In this document: positions 24,291 to 35,418 of the stretch, piece after piece | Position numbering within the stretch: position 1 is the first letter of the stretch | How the letters are laid out: each line of letters starts with the position of its first letter | The notes under the pieces: generated by a model | Told to the model about the DNA's origin: nothing | Seen by the model: the letters and a program-made list of their open reading frames with translations, nothing else | Database searches by the model: none | DNA from: Felis catus | Taxonomy: Eukaryota | Assembly (NCBI RefSeq): GCF_018350175.1 | Contig: NC_058368.1 | Location: forward strand, 30,194,001 to 30,258,000 | DNA: 64,000 nucleotides | Reading direction: 5' to 3' | Made by a program: the position numbers and the translations under genes

Positions 24291-25514
24291 TTTCTAGGTT
24301 GTGCTCTCTCGTGATGATTTATACTTGTGTGAATTCCATTTATCTCCCTGGGAGTCTGGATTGATGTGCCTGCTCGGGCTGGACATACCATTGCTCAGCC
24401 CTTAAAACACAACAGACTCTCCTGGCTTTTGCTCTTCACATGCTAACCACGCAGCGCAAGATGGAGCTGCCATTCACTGCTCACCCTGATGACAATTTCA
24501 TTAACTCTGTATTGTTGGGCTTTGGCAATCCACTCATCTCATAATTGTGCTAAGCTCATTCTGGTGAAAAGTGCATGAGGATTTTTGAGCAGTTCATAAC
24601 AAGGAAATCGTGGTTAAAGTTTCAACAAAGTTGGCGTTACATATTCATGAATACTGAAAAACACTAGTGTCTGAGATTTCAGAGCAGAAACAAATGCTGG
24701 GCCCTGGCCAGTGGCCTCTTGCATTCACAGATTTATGTATTTGGAGAATCCCTCGAGCAGTAGATTGGTTAGAGCAGTCTTTGAAGCTGTGTGGCTCTGA
24801 AAGAGAAGCATCCTGTCACCCAGCAGACTGCCATCACAGAGGCAGTATTTTTGACCACACAATTATGGGGAATGTGGTCCCTGTAGGAGACAAGGGCTGG
24901 AGAGATTTCCCTTTGGTCTTCTTTACCCTTTCCTACCCACAACTACTGTCTCTGGCTCTATTTTAAGCCTGGGGCATAAAGGGAACTGCAACTCCATGAA
25001 AATGTTTTCATTCTGCTCTCAAGTTAGGGGAATATGTTTTGGCACAAGGGCCAGCAGATAAGGAAATAAATTCGGGATTTCTCTGCTTAGATGGAAACCA
25101 AGGGCAATGCAAAGCTCTGTGCCAATGATTCTGTGTTGTATATCACTTAAACCTTAGCCATTAGAGCAAATAACACTATTTTTCTCCTGATCTGGTTTTC
25201 TTCGACTCACAGAAAGACGGAGGTTCAGATAACATCTCATTTTGAATAGATCAAACAGCTCTGATATGTATGGTGTAATTCCATCCCACCCCCTCCACAG
25301 TGTTCACCCCTGTTGTAGTGCTAATTGATCTGCCAATAGTCAGTCAGATCTCCCACTTGGGGAAATATGTGAAATAAAGGCTCTCACTTAAGATGGAACT
25401 CCTTACTTCCTTCTAATTTTCTTTTGAGTCTATTTCCTAGCATTCAGTTTTAAGGAAAATGATCATAATATCTTTCATCGATATGCTTTTCCTCACTCAT
25501 TCAAAGTGCATGTA

Positions 25515-25841
25515 TACTTGTCAGGATCTAAGTAGCTTAAACCAACAAGGTTTATTTCTTGCTGATGCTACATGGATTGGCTGGGATATCTGATCTCTGT
25601 CACCCTCGCTCAGGGCCATCCTCCATGTGGGCAGTTCCTGTGGAAGAGGGAAAGAGGAAGCGGTAAAGTTATGCTCAGCTCTTAGAGCTTCCACTCAGAA
25701 GTGAGATACATCCCTTCTGCTAGCGTTTTATTAGCCAAAGGATGCCACATGGGCACATATAAATTTGAAGGGTAAGAGGATGTAATTCTACATGTCTAAG
25801 CGGATAGCCAACATTTGTTGAGCAGCACTAATGACTACCAA
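25515..25841 (-). mobile_element. MLT1 (J/K/L-like) MaLR LTR
   Basis: 'gtagcttaaaccaacaaggtttatttcttgct...agcttccactcagaagtgagatacatcccttctgct...ttgagcagcactaatgactacca'. Confidence 0.7.
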
Positions 25842-26349
25842 TGCTTTCTTAAATTATCCAATTTTATTTCTGAATATTCATAAGTAGCACTGTTCTGGGG
25901 ATAGCCAAAAGAGAATTATAGATTTATTCTATGTCTCCCAACTGGAGCATTAGTTCACAAACTTCTAGACTTTACGGGTAGACACTTCTTTTAATGGGGG
26001 AGGGGAGTGGTTTACATAGGGTTGCTACCACCATCGTTTTATACAAGAAAATTCAGGAACTGTAAAATTATGAGAATTTGTAAAATGTGGGAAGCATCTA
26101 ATCTCAGACCAAACACGAGTTCTTCAGATACATCTAGTTTTGTGAAAAACTCAATATTGCCCTTATTGTTTTCTTTGCCTTCCTGATAACTTTTGTGATC
26201 TAGTATTTGGGAACTTCTGCTCTGGTAGGCTACAATGCCAAACTGTAACATGAGTCACATTTATAGGGCATAGGCACAAGGAGTTGAAATGTTAAATGGA
26301 CCAATGAGGTATGAGTGGAGACAAGGTTTTACTAGCCATTCAGGTAGAA

Positions 26350-26830
26350 GGTATACTGTCAGATTGATGGATAAAAATGATTTGCTTTCTCACAAAACTG
26401 GTTGGGAGATGGCTTGACTGAACTAGAAGAAAAGGAGGAATGAGTAGGAACCAGGACAAAAGGTTTGGACCCTGCATGAAAAGCCTTATTCTTGGGGCTT
26501 TTCAAAGCTATGTTTGAAGAAGACAACCAAGGTTGGAGGGATACATGGTATATGCCTCAAATTGGAAGTCTTGTGGCAGCTAAATGATTGGACGTTTAAC
26601 CTTTAGAGCCCTCTGACCCCATGGAGCTTCTTCATATGTATGGGTAGACTTTAGACTGTGATATCTGCATGGGGCAGCAGAGGAGAAGAGACGTTTGGGA
26701 TTGTAGTGTTCTTGGATCCTGAACATTCCACCTAGAAGACTGTCTCTTCTGTTGATCAGTGACGAAGGCTGTAGAAAGAGCTAATGAAAGGGATGCTTTA
26801 TTTTGAGATCAAGCAGAATTGGCTACTGAT
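26350..26830 (+). mobile_element. L3/CR1 reverse-transcriptase-region remnant
   Basis: Collinear degenerate CR1 motifs: 'tttgc....acaaaactggttggg' (FADDTKLG region), 'caggacaaaaggtttggaccctgca', 'cagtgacgaaggctgtagaaagagctaatg'. Confidence 0.45.
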
Positions 26831-27509
26831 TCCCTGTGAAAGTAAAGGACAGACAGGAGTTGAAGATTAATCTGTAGTTTATGTCTTCAAATCAAAGTTG
26901 CTGACACTTGCACATATTAGGAGCATAACAATAAGCGTGCCAAGAGAATTTGGTTCATCTGTGTAGAGGAAAAAGAGATCTATCACAGTATATATAGTAT
27001 TATTCAATTTTGTAGTTCTGTCCACTCTTCCATGAAAAACATGAAGTCTTAAGGAACTACCATGAGAGCTTGCCCTTTGCATTTGAAGACATTCATTTTG
27101 CAGAGAATACCACTGCAATCATTGGAAGCTATGACTTGAACATTAGAGTATGCTCATCAAAACCCAGCTCAACAGTGGAGCAGTAATTCTGGGAAATGTA
27201 GGGTAAGTTGGGCAAATCATCCTTTTGAGAAAATTTCCCAAGTCACTCTTAGACATGTTAGGGTTTTATATGGAAGACTATCACACAGAAATGCAAATTT
27301 ATAACAACTAAGATTTAATATAGAACATGTGGACAAAACATGTAGGAAAAACATTTTTACTTTAAAGAATACAACAACAATAATTTGTTTTTTACTTAGT
27401 GTGGATTTTATTAGCCATTTGGTTAAGCACCTACGTGGCCCAGAATCTCTGGCACAAGGGGGTTCTGGATTCTCATTCAAGGAATCTGCACATTCAGGTA
27501 AAGTAGCAG

Positions 27510-27670
27510 TTTGCAAATACTCCTGGAATGGATAAGTAGGAACCCTGCGCTTTGGTCTGGCTCTGTGGGCCTCTGGCAAAGCCACTTAGCTTCTCTAGAC
27601 CTCCACTTTCTCATGCATAAGATCAGAGACTTACATTGGATGACCTCTAAGAAATGTTCTGGGTCTATGA
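27510..27670 (+). mobile_element. MIR/MIR3 fragment
   Basis: 'ggcaaagccacttagcttctctagacctccactttctcatgcataa...ttggatgacctctaag'. Confidence 0.7.
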
Positions 27671-29238
27671 TTTTATTCGCTTGTAATTCTCGAAATGGAA
27701 ATATAAAATGGCTCCTGGCAAAACTGTATGAAGTTCCAGATTGTTCAAGTAAACAATGGTTAGACTTTGTGCCAATCCAAAAATTCTTTCAGAATGGCCT
27801 ATGTCTTTTCTTTTCCATTTGATTACACAGAACTTTTTTTTTTTTGGTATAAATAAAAATTCCTTTTTAAAATTAAGCCTTCCTCTGCTGTCTGATTCAT
27901 TCACTGATGTTACAACCTACAGCTTGGGATATGACATTTCCTTTCATTCTGTTGAAATTGTGATGTCACAAAATTTGAAATGATGCATCCAACTGAATTA
28001 AGCAGACGGAGCAAGATAATTACAAGTAACAATGCCCCTCTCTACACCCATATGTGTCTAGGTAATCAGAAATGATGGGAAAGGAAAGGAAAGGCACTTG
28101 GTAAAAGTTTGCCAGGCTCTGGCCATAGGCAAATGCATGTTTTAGATATAACATCCTATTTTGAGATTGTAGCAAATGCTTGAATTATACTCCAGGAAAG
28201 AAGCAATTCAGCATTACCTGCGTATAGTGGACTACTGCCAGCTAAATCATATCATTTGGCGTTGGTCTTTGATCCTCAAATTCATTAACTTCAGAGTTGC
28301 TAATGTTCCTTAAATTGGAATTTCTTCTGGTATAAACAAAGGCTGTTATCTTTAGTTTGTAAATCATAATACTGATAGCTTATCTTCAGAATCTTTGGGA
28401 TTCCAGCCAAAGACTCGTGTTCTTGTTCATGGATGGGGGGTCTATGCCTCATAAAGATTGGCACTGAGAAATACATACTATTTTAGCACCAACCTGGAAA
28501 ATGTTAAGAGCATTTTAGTTTCATGGAAAAGAGCCAGAAGTGACATAGATGTTTTTGGTTTTGGTTTTTTGTTGTTGATATGAACTCTTGATAATGCTGA
28601 ACATCCAGTGTCATTAAAACATGAGCAATCTGACATATTGGTGAAGAGCTCTTCAATTTTCATTGTAAGAAAGAGTGTTGTACCTCAGCTGATTGTTTGA
28701 TATGGTAATTTTTAGAGAGCTTTGGAGCAGGACAGTAAATCCAAAATTAGGACAGAAAAGTTAAGTTATATAGAAATTGACCATGTACATGATGCATTTA
28801 TATAGCCCCTCCACCAAGGAGACAGAGAAAGTCTTGCTACTGATAGGCCAAATTAGTTTGACTCACATCTCAAATTTAAGAAAGTACTCATCTACTATTG
28901 TTTATCAGAATTCAATTCTTCATCTACACTTGGGCACTGTTTCTGAAGCTGGTATACTTTTCCCCCCTACTTTTGAGGTATGAACCATTGAGTTGCTATG
29001 ACATTTGTCTTTCTCTAACTTATTTCACTTAGTACTGGGCACTCCAGGTCCATCTGTGTTGTTACAAATGGCAAGATCTCATTCTTTTCCATGGCTGTGT
29101 AATATCCTGTATATATTTTTTCATATATAGATTGCTTTCATATCTTGGCTTTGTAAATAATGCTGCAGTGAACATAGGAGTGCATTAATTTTTTGAATTA
29201 GTTTTGTTTGTTTGTTTGTTTACTTTGGATAAATACCC

Positions 29239-29628
29239 NNNNNNNNNNNNNNNNNNNNNNNNNNNNNNNNNNNNNNNNNNNNNNNNNNNNNNNNNNNNNN
29301 NNNNNNNNNNNNNNNNNNNNNNNNNNNNNNNNNNNNNNNNNNNNNNNNNNNNNNNNNNNNNNNNNNNNNNNNNNNNNNNNNNNNNNNNNNNNNNNNNNNN
29401 NNNNNNNNNNNNNNNNNNNNNNNNNNNNNNNNNNNNNNNNNNNNNNNNNNNNNNNNNNNNNNNNNNNNNNNNNNNNNNNNNNNNNNNNNNNNNNNNNNNN
29501 NNNNNNNNNNNNNNNNNNNNNNNNNNNNNNNNNNNNNNNNNNNNNNNNNNNNNNNNNNNNNNNNNNNNNNNNNNNNNNNNNNNNNNNNNNNNNNNNNNNN
29601 NNNNNNNNNNNNNNNNNNNNNNNNNNNN
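29239..29628. other. Assembly gap (390 N) inside L1
   Basis: Run of N. Confidence 1.
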
Positions 29629-29629
29629 T

Positions 29630-29958
29630 TTTTTATATCTCTTGGGTATTAATCCCTTATGGTATATGTCATTTGCAAATATCTTCTTCATTCAGTAGAT
29701 TGCCTTTTTGTTTCGTCAATGATTTCCTTCACTGTGCAAAAACTTTTTACTTTGGTGTAGTCCCAATTTGTTTAATTTTGCTTCTGTTTCCCATGCCTGA
29801 AGAGACATATCTAGAAAAATATTGCTAAGGCCAATGTCTGAGAGATTATTGCCTATGTTTTCTTTTATGAGTTTTATGGTTTCAGGTCTCACATTTAGGT
29901 CTTTAATCCATTTGGGGCTTATTTTTGTAGAGGGTGTAAAAAATTGGTCCAGTTTCAT
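29630..29958 (-). pseudogene. Decayed L1 ORF2 coding remnant
   Basis: '[36 protein letters not shown]...' and 'KKIFANDIYHKGLIPKRYK' correspond to L1 ORF2 ([24 protein letters not shown]; KIFANxxSDKGLISKIYK). Frameshifted. Confidence 0.9.
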
Positions 29959-30194
29959 TCTTTTGCGTGTACCTGTCCAGTTTTTCCAACACCATTTGCT
30001 GAAGAGCCTGTCTTCTCCCCATTGTATATTTTTGCCTCCTTTGTTGGAGATTAACTGGCCATATAAGCATGAGTTTATTTCTGCCTCTATATTCTATGAA
30101 TCTAGATGTCTATTTTTGTGTCAGTACCATACTGTTTTGATTACTACAGCTTTGTAGTGTATTTTGCAAGCTGGGAGCATATAATTGTAATACC

Positions 30195-30554
30195 TATAAT
30201 TGTAAATTATTTCTTTGCCCCTTTGAGACGTAAATTTTCTACCAAGCAGGAATGTTTTCCTCAGGGACATGGTAGCTATTCCTTTTAAATGTAATAATCC
30301 AGAAAGATAGGGCCCCTCTCTGCCAGTCTCTATGTGAGGATCGGAGTCTGACTTTGGTAAGGGACAGTTGCCACCAACCCCCTAATGTCTTGTACTTCTC
30401 CACTAGCTCACCCCAGTGTTTAAAAACCTTCCCTCCTTCTGTTTCAGTAGAGTTAAGTTTAATCTCGCCTATTGCAAGAGTCTTGACCCCTATTCATCGT
30501 CCTGAGTGGACTGGCCATTCTTAACAGGTGTCCAGGGAGATTTCCTTTCATGTC
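30195..30554 (+). mobile_element. MER34/MER39-family ERV1 LTR fragment
   Basis: 'aatgttttcctcagggacatggtagctattccttttaaatgtaataatccagaaagatagggcccct' and 'tttcagtagagttaagtttaatctcgcctattgcaagagtcttg'. Confidence 0.6.
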
Positions 30555-31002
30555 AGGAAAAGATCCTTGTCCTAAGAGAGCATGGCACAGCCAGGCCATG
30601 GACTGGGGTGGTGCATGGAGCTGAGACAAGGGCTTTGGAAGATGGGATTCCTTTCGGGGAAGTGCAGGTCACCTTGGGAAAACCCAGTGAAGCTACGGAG
30701 AGACTACAAGTTTGCTCTTTTGTTGGGCAATACTTCCTGTTTATTTTTAAAAATGAATCTTTTCTCTCACACGTTTGTGATTCGCATGCTTCTGCTTTCC
30801 TACTGAGCTGTCGGATAAGATTTCTCTAGGATGCTGAACGGAAGTTGAAACAAGAAGGTGTGGCAGAGTCCGGCGTGATCTGAAATTTTCAATGCACAGT
30901 TATCTCTGGGTATCATTTCCGAACTTTCCTACTTAGGGACAATATGTCTATAATTGTAATATGTTTGTGAGCTGTGTATTTCCCTTTGGAAGTGTCTATG
31001 TC

Positions 31003-31458
31003 CAATGCTCAACAAACTAAGACCCCTGGGTCAAATGGGCCCCTGCTTGCTTTGTAAATAAAGTTTTATTGGTCATCAGCCATAGTTATTCCTGTTTCTA
31101 TCGCCTGGGGCTATTTTCATGCTACTATGGCAGAGTTGAGTAGTTGTGACAAAGATGGTGTGGCCCTGCAAGCTTAAAATATTTATTGTATGAACCTTTA
31201 TTTTTTAAAAAAAAAGTATACTGAGGGGCGCCTGGGTGGCTCAGTCAGATAAGCATCTGATTTCAGCTCAGGTCGTGATCTCATGGTTCGTGAGTTCACG
31301 CCCTGCGTCAGGCTCTGTGCTGATAGCTCAGAGCCTGGAGCCTGCTTCAGATTCTGTGTCTCCCTCTCTGTCTGTCCCACCCCCACTTGTACTCGATCTC
31401 TCTCTGCCTCTCAAAAGTAAAAATAAATAATAATAAAAAAAAAGTATACTGATCCCTG
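31003..31458 (+). mobile_element. MER58A hAT-Charlie MITE (interrupted by a SINE)
   Basis: 'tttgtaaataaagttttattgg...ggcagagttgagtagttgtgaca...aaaatatttatt'; the terminus resumes as 'tccctg' after the SINE. Confidence 0.88.
31225..31434 (+). mobile_element. CanSINE (SINEC_Fc)
   Basis: Full length; TSD aaaaaaaaagtatactga at 31207-31224 and 31435-31452. Confidence 0.98.
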
Positions 31459-31579
31459 GTTTTACATCAGCCGTTAGTCAAACTCAACACAACTTTTTTC
31501 TTTCCAATGGGGGGGTGGCGGAAAGTACATTTACTTATCAGTGCAATTCAATAGGTATACCGACAGCATAGCAGGATTG

Positions 31580-31800
31580 TTTATAGCGGGGGTTATAGAA
31601 CCAGATATTTAGCCTGGCTTTGAAATGGTGACATTACTACTTACTAGCCGGATGACAAGTCAATTTGCTAGTCACTTCTCTGTGTCTCAGTTTTCTCATC
31701 TGTAAAACAGAGATAAATCCGAGTCCTTAAGGGGATTAAATGGGCGTCAACATAATATTGGCTCGTAGTTGGCATCATATATGTCTTAGCCTTTGGTAGT
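31580..31800 (+). mobile_element. MIR
   Basis: 'acttctctgtgtctcagttttctcatctgtaaaacagagataa'. Confidence 0.75.
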
Positions 31801-32379
31801 AGTAGTGACAGCAGTATAATCATCACTATAGACAGACATACTCTTCTATGAAGAGGGATGAAGAACCAACGGGGTAATTATTGCCTAAGCAATCCTGTGA
31901 CCTACAACAATGAATTCCCAGAATATTCTGTCAGGAGGTGTTTACGTCTTGTCAGTTTCGTTGTTCGCACTCTCCTACTCCTTCCTGACATTTGGCTGTT
32001 TTGTGTTCCACTTTAGTGGTGGACTTCCTCCGTGTGTTGCTAACCAATATTGGATACCACATATGTGGAAAACCTTGCAGCACTCAAAGGCATAAATCAC
32101 TAATGGTGGAATTTCATGCATAATGGTGGCAGTGGGGAAGATAGAAATGATTCCATTGTTTCCCTCTCAAATTACAGTGCCTTCCTCAAGTTTACACATC
32201 TCTTCAAGTTCACTTGGTAGCATTTCCAACCACCCCCTCTTGTCTTGTCTACCAACTCTCCCAACTTGTAGTAACAGAGCCCCGAATTCAAGCGGAATTT
32301 CTGTTTTCCTCAGCTATAAAACTACTCTTCCTGTCTCACTTGTTTTCAACAAGCGTGACTAAAACCAAAGTCTTTCCCA

Positions 32380-32855
32380 TAGCTTTCAGGTCCTGTGTGC
32401 TGTGCTTCTGGTTACTTGTGATCCTGTCAGCCCCTCTCCCTCTTGCTTGATTTGTCATCCCAATGCCTCCAGGGTATGACTGGAACATGCAATGGAGTTT
32501 CAGCCTCAGGGCTCTTGCATTTTCTGTTCCTTCTGCCTGAAATGCTCTTCCTCCCACTGTTTTCTTCTTCCAGGTCTCCGCTTAGTTGTCAGTTTCCCCA
32601 AAAGGACTTCCTTGACCATCCTACTTAAACTATCACTGTTTAGCATTTGGTGGCCTTGTACCTTGCTTTGTTTTTCACCACAGTGCTTATCATCACTGAT
32701 CTTTTATGTTTATTTATCATTGTCTTCCTCCCCTCTAGAATTTCCGTTCCACGAGGATGAGGTTTTATCTATGTTATTTCCGGCTAGGTTCCCAGCACGG
32801 AGTACTGGGACTGGTGCATGGCAGGCATGCAATATCAACTTACTGAATACATGAA
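32380..32855 (+). mobile_element. L2a-like 3' region
   Basis: 'gcctcagggctcttgcattttctgttccttctgcctgaaatgctcttcc...ctagaatttccgttccacgagg...ttactgaatacatgaa'. Confidence 0.8.
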
Positions 32856-33612
32856 AGGACATGGGGGTTTGCATATTAACTTGCTCTGAAAATCATAAAG
32901 TTGGAAGGCAGTTTAAGAGATGAGGCCAAGTAGCTTTTGCTTTTTTACTGCTTGCCCCTGCCACTGCTAATACAGGCCTTTTGTCTTTCCTGACCGGTCT
33001 CCTCCTCGCTGGACCTCCTTTATTGGCCCTCGGCTTCCCTTCATCAACTTTCTCGCATCGGCTCTCCATCGAGTTTCCAATCTCATCTGAAATCTCATTG
33101 CTTCTCTCTTGCTTTCTTAATCTCCGATCCTGCTCGGCACTCTGTAACTCTATCACTGAGAGTACATTGATGCAGCAGAAGGCAGAGCGGGTCAGGAACA
33201 GGGGAGACGGCGACACAATGAAGCCACAGGTAAAGATCTGAGAAGTCGTAGCATCTTATGGGCTATTATTAATTTAGAAACCATCCAATCAGCCCCAAAT
33301 GCGTACATTCTGTAATGGCTTTGGAGAGAGGAGTCTCTGATGAACACTGGAAAACACCGTGCATAATTTCAAACAGGGGACTCCTTTTGGATAAGTCTTC
33401 CAAATAATTTCTGACATATCAGGGCAAGGTTGGGAGGGAAACCCTGATGGGAAGAGATTCCACAGCTTCTGTTCCTTTCATGTTCCTTGAGCCCTAGTTG
33501 TCTTCTCCTTCTTTCATTCCTCTTTGGTTGTTATAGAATTTGGAGGAAGGATAGCTCCCATCATGCAGACTTTGTCCATGTTGATCCTCCAAGTTGAATG
33601 TCTTTGATTTTA

Positions 33613-33856
33613 TTTATTTTTTATTTTTTGTTACATTTAATTTTCAATTTTTTTTTTTTTTTAAAGAGAGAGAGAGTGCACGCGTGTGTGCATGCATGAG
33701 TAGGGGAGGGCAGAGAGAGAGGGAGACACAGAATCCGAAGTAGGCTCCAGGCTCCAAGCTGTCAGCACAAAGCCCGACGTGGGACTCAAACTCACAAACT
33801 GTGAGATCATGATCTGAGTTGAAGTCGGACACTCAACTGAGGCACCCAGGCACCCC
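33613..33856 (-). mobile_element. CanSINE (SINEC_Fc)
   Basis: Reverse copy; perfect TSD tctttgatttta at 33601-33612 and 33857-33868. Confidence 0.98.
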
Positions 33857-35211
33857 TCTTTGATTTTAAATTAGAACATCCCCAAAGATGCCTTAGTAAG
33901 GAGCTTAGGAAAACAAAGCATCTTGACAACAGCAGCAATAAAAAAAAAAGCAAAAAGAAAGAGATGAATGAAGACAGCCTCTGGAGGGCATATGGCTAGA
34001 TTTCTACCCATTTGGGGAACAAGTGTCATGGTGCAACGTCCCCAGTGGAGTGTCTGAGGAAGAAGGAATTCACATCAAATGGAGGGAGAATCCGGGCCAT
34101 GAGATTGACTGGTCTGGGGACTATGAGTGGTTGATTTTGATACAACAGGGGAGCACCCTCAAATTGTGTCTGATTCTGGCTCTTTAGAAATGTGTGCCAG
34201 GCTCTTAAGGAGAGAGGCAGTAATCAGATGTGAGTCAGCCTAGAGTGGCTGGAAGCACCAGGGGTAAAATTCTCTGTCCTCGGGCTTTGAAGTAGGAGAT
34301 AAGGTGGTTCTGGGGCACGGGGTGACGGGTGGGTGAGGTGATAGGGTAACGTACTTCAAAGCAGTGCATGTTGGGAGAGCAATTAGATTAAGGCCCACCT
34401 GGAAACATTGAGAAAGGTCAGTGCTATCACCTGGGAGCCAGGCTGAGAGGGACAGAGATCTTCAGAAATAGGCTGGGGAATATTCACAGGAGGTGGACTC
34501 ACCCCTCCCACCCCTCACCAGTGGCCCAGTGATTATTTGGGGGTGGATGCATTGCGTCATTTTTATTCCCGGGGCTCATTTACATGTTCAGGTTTGTGAT
34601 GGGGAAGTGAGGGTGGGGCAGAGAAGCTGGTTTACAGACAAGCTCAGCTCTCCAGGCGCACAGGTAGGGTTTCTGGACCTCCAATCTGTCCTGAATTTTG
34701 TCCGTCTGCCCTTTGGCTTCTGACATGTGTCAGGCACTGTGCTCTCTGCTTTCCTAATTTTCTTAATCCTTCCCCAATTCCAGGAACTAGAAGTCATTAG
34801 GATCCCAATTCTACTGGCTCATAGATAGTGATCTGGTCCATCTGATTACAAAACCCAAGCAGTTAGCCTGTCTCCTATACAGACTTTTTTTTTTTTTTTG
34901 GTAGCTATAAACAAGAGTACAGAATTTGGCTCATTGCAGGTACTCAAAAACATTAAGGGGACTATTTCTTATAACGCAAATAAGACTGGTCCACACACCT
35001 AGTGCCTTCAAACTAGAGTTTCACCAGCCTTCTGGAGAACAGCTACAAATATGGAAGCCAGGAAGACGTTTTTAACTCGAGCAGATGTTGCTGTGGCCTG
35101 AATTCATTTCCTAGGGCTAAGAGCAGACATTCTCCCCTGTACCTAGAGATACGGACAAAGTTGTCAGTGTGGGAAATGAATTTGAAGTCAGTCAAGTTAA
35201 AGAATCTCCAG

Positions 35212-35418
35212 GGGGCGCCTGGGTGGCTCAGTCGGTTAAGCCGCAGACTCTTGGCTTCAGCTCAGGTCATGATCTCAGGGTTTGTGGGTTTGAGCCCCAC
35301 GTTGCGGTCTGCACGGTCAGCTTGGGATTCTCTCTCTCTCTCCCTCTCTCCCTCTCTCTCTGCCCCTCCCCTGCTTGCTCTCTCTCAAAATAAATAAATA
35401 AACTTAAAAAAAAAAAAG
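35212..35418 (+). mobile_element. CanSINE (Fc2-like)
   Basis: Head GGGGCGCCTGGGTGGCTCAGTCGGTTAAG, CT tract, poly(A); TSD gaatctccag / gaatctctag. Confidence 0.97.

Larger units (their letters stand above)
28960..30179 (-). mobile_element. LINE-1 fragment (ORF2 C-terminal region and 3' UTR), spans a gap
   Basis: Antisense L1 sequence on both sides of the gap; ORF-track peptides match L1 ORF2. Confidence 0.93.

Noticed and set aside
29185-29828. 164-206 aa ORFs
   Set aside because: Artefacts of translating through the 390-N gap.
31225-31300. tRNA gene (A and B boxes), here and in other SINE heads
   Set aside because: These are tRNA-derived CanSINE heads followed by SINE body, CT tract, poly(A) and TSDs.
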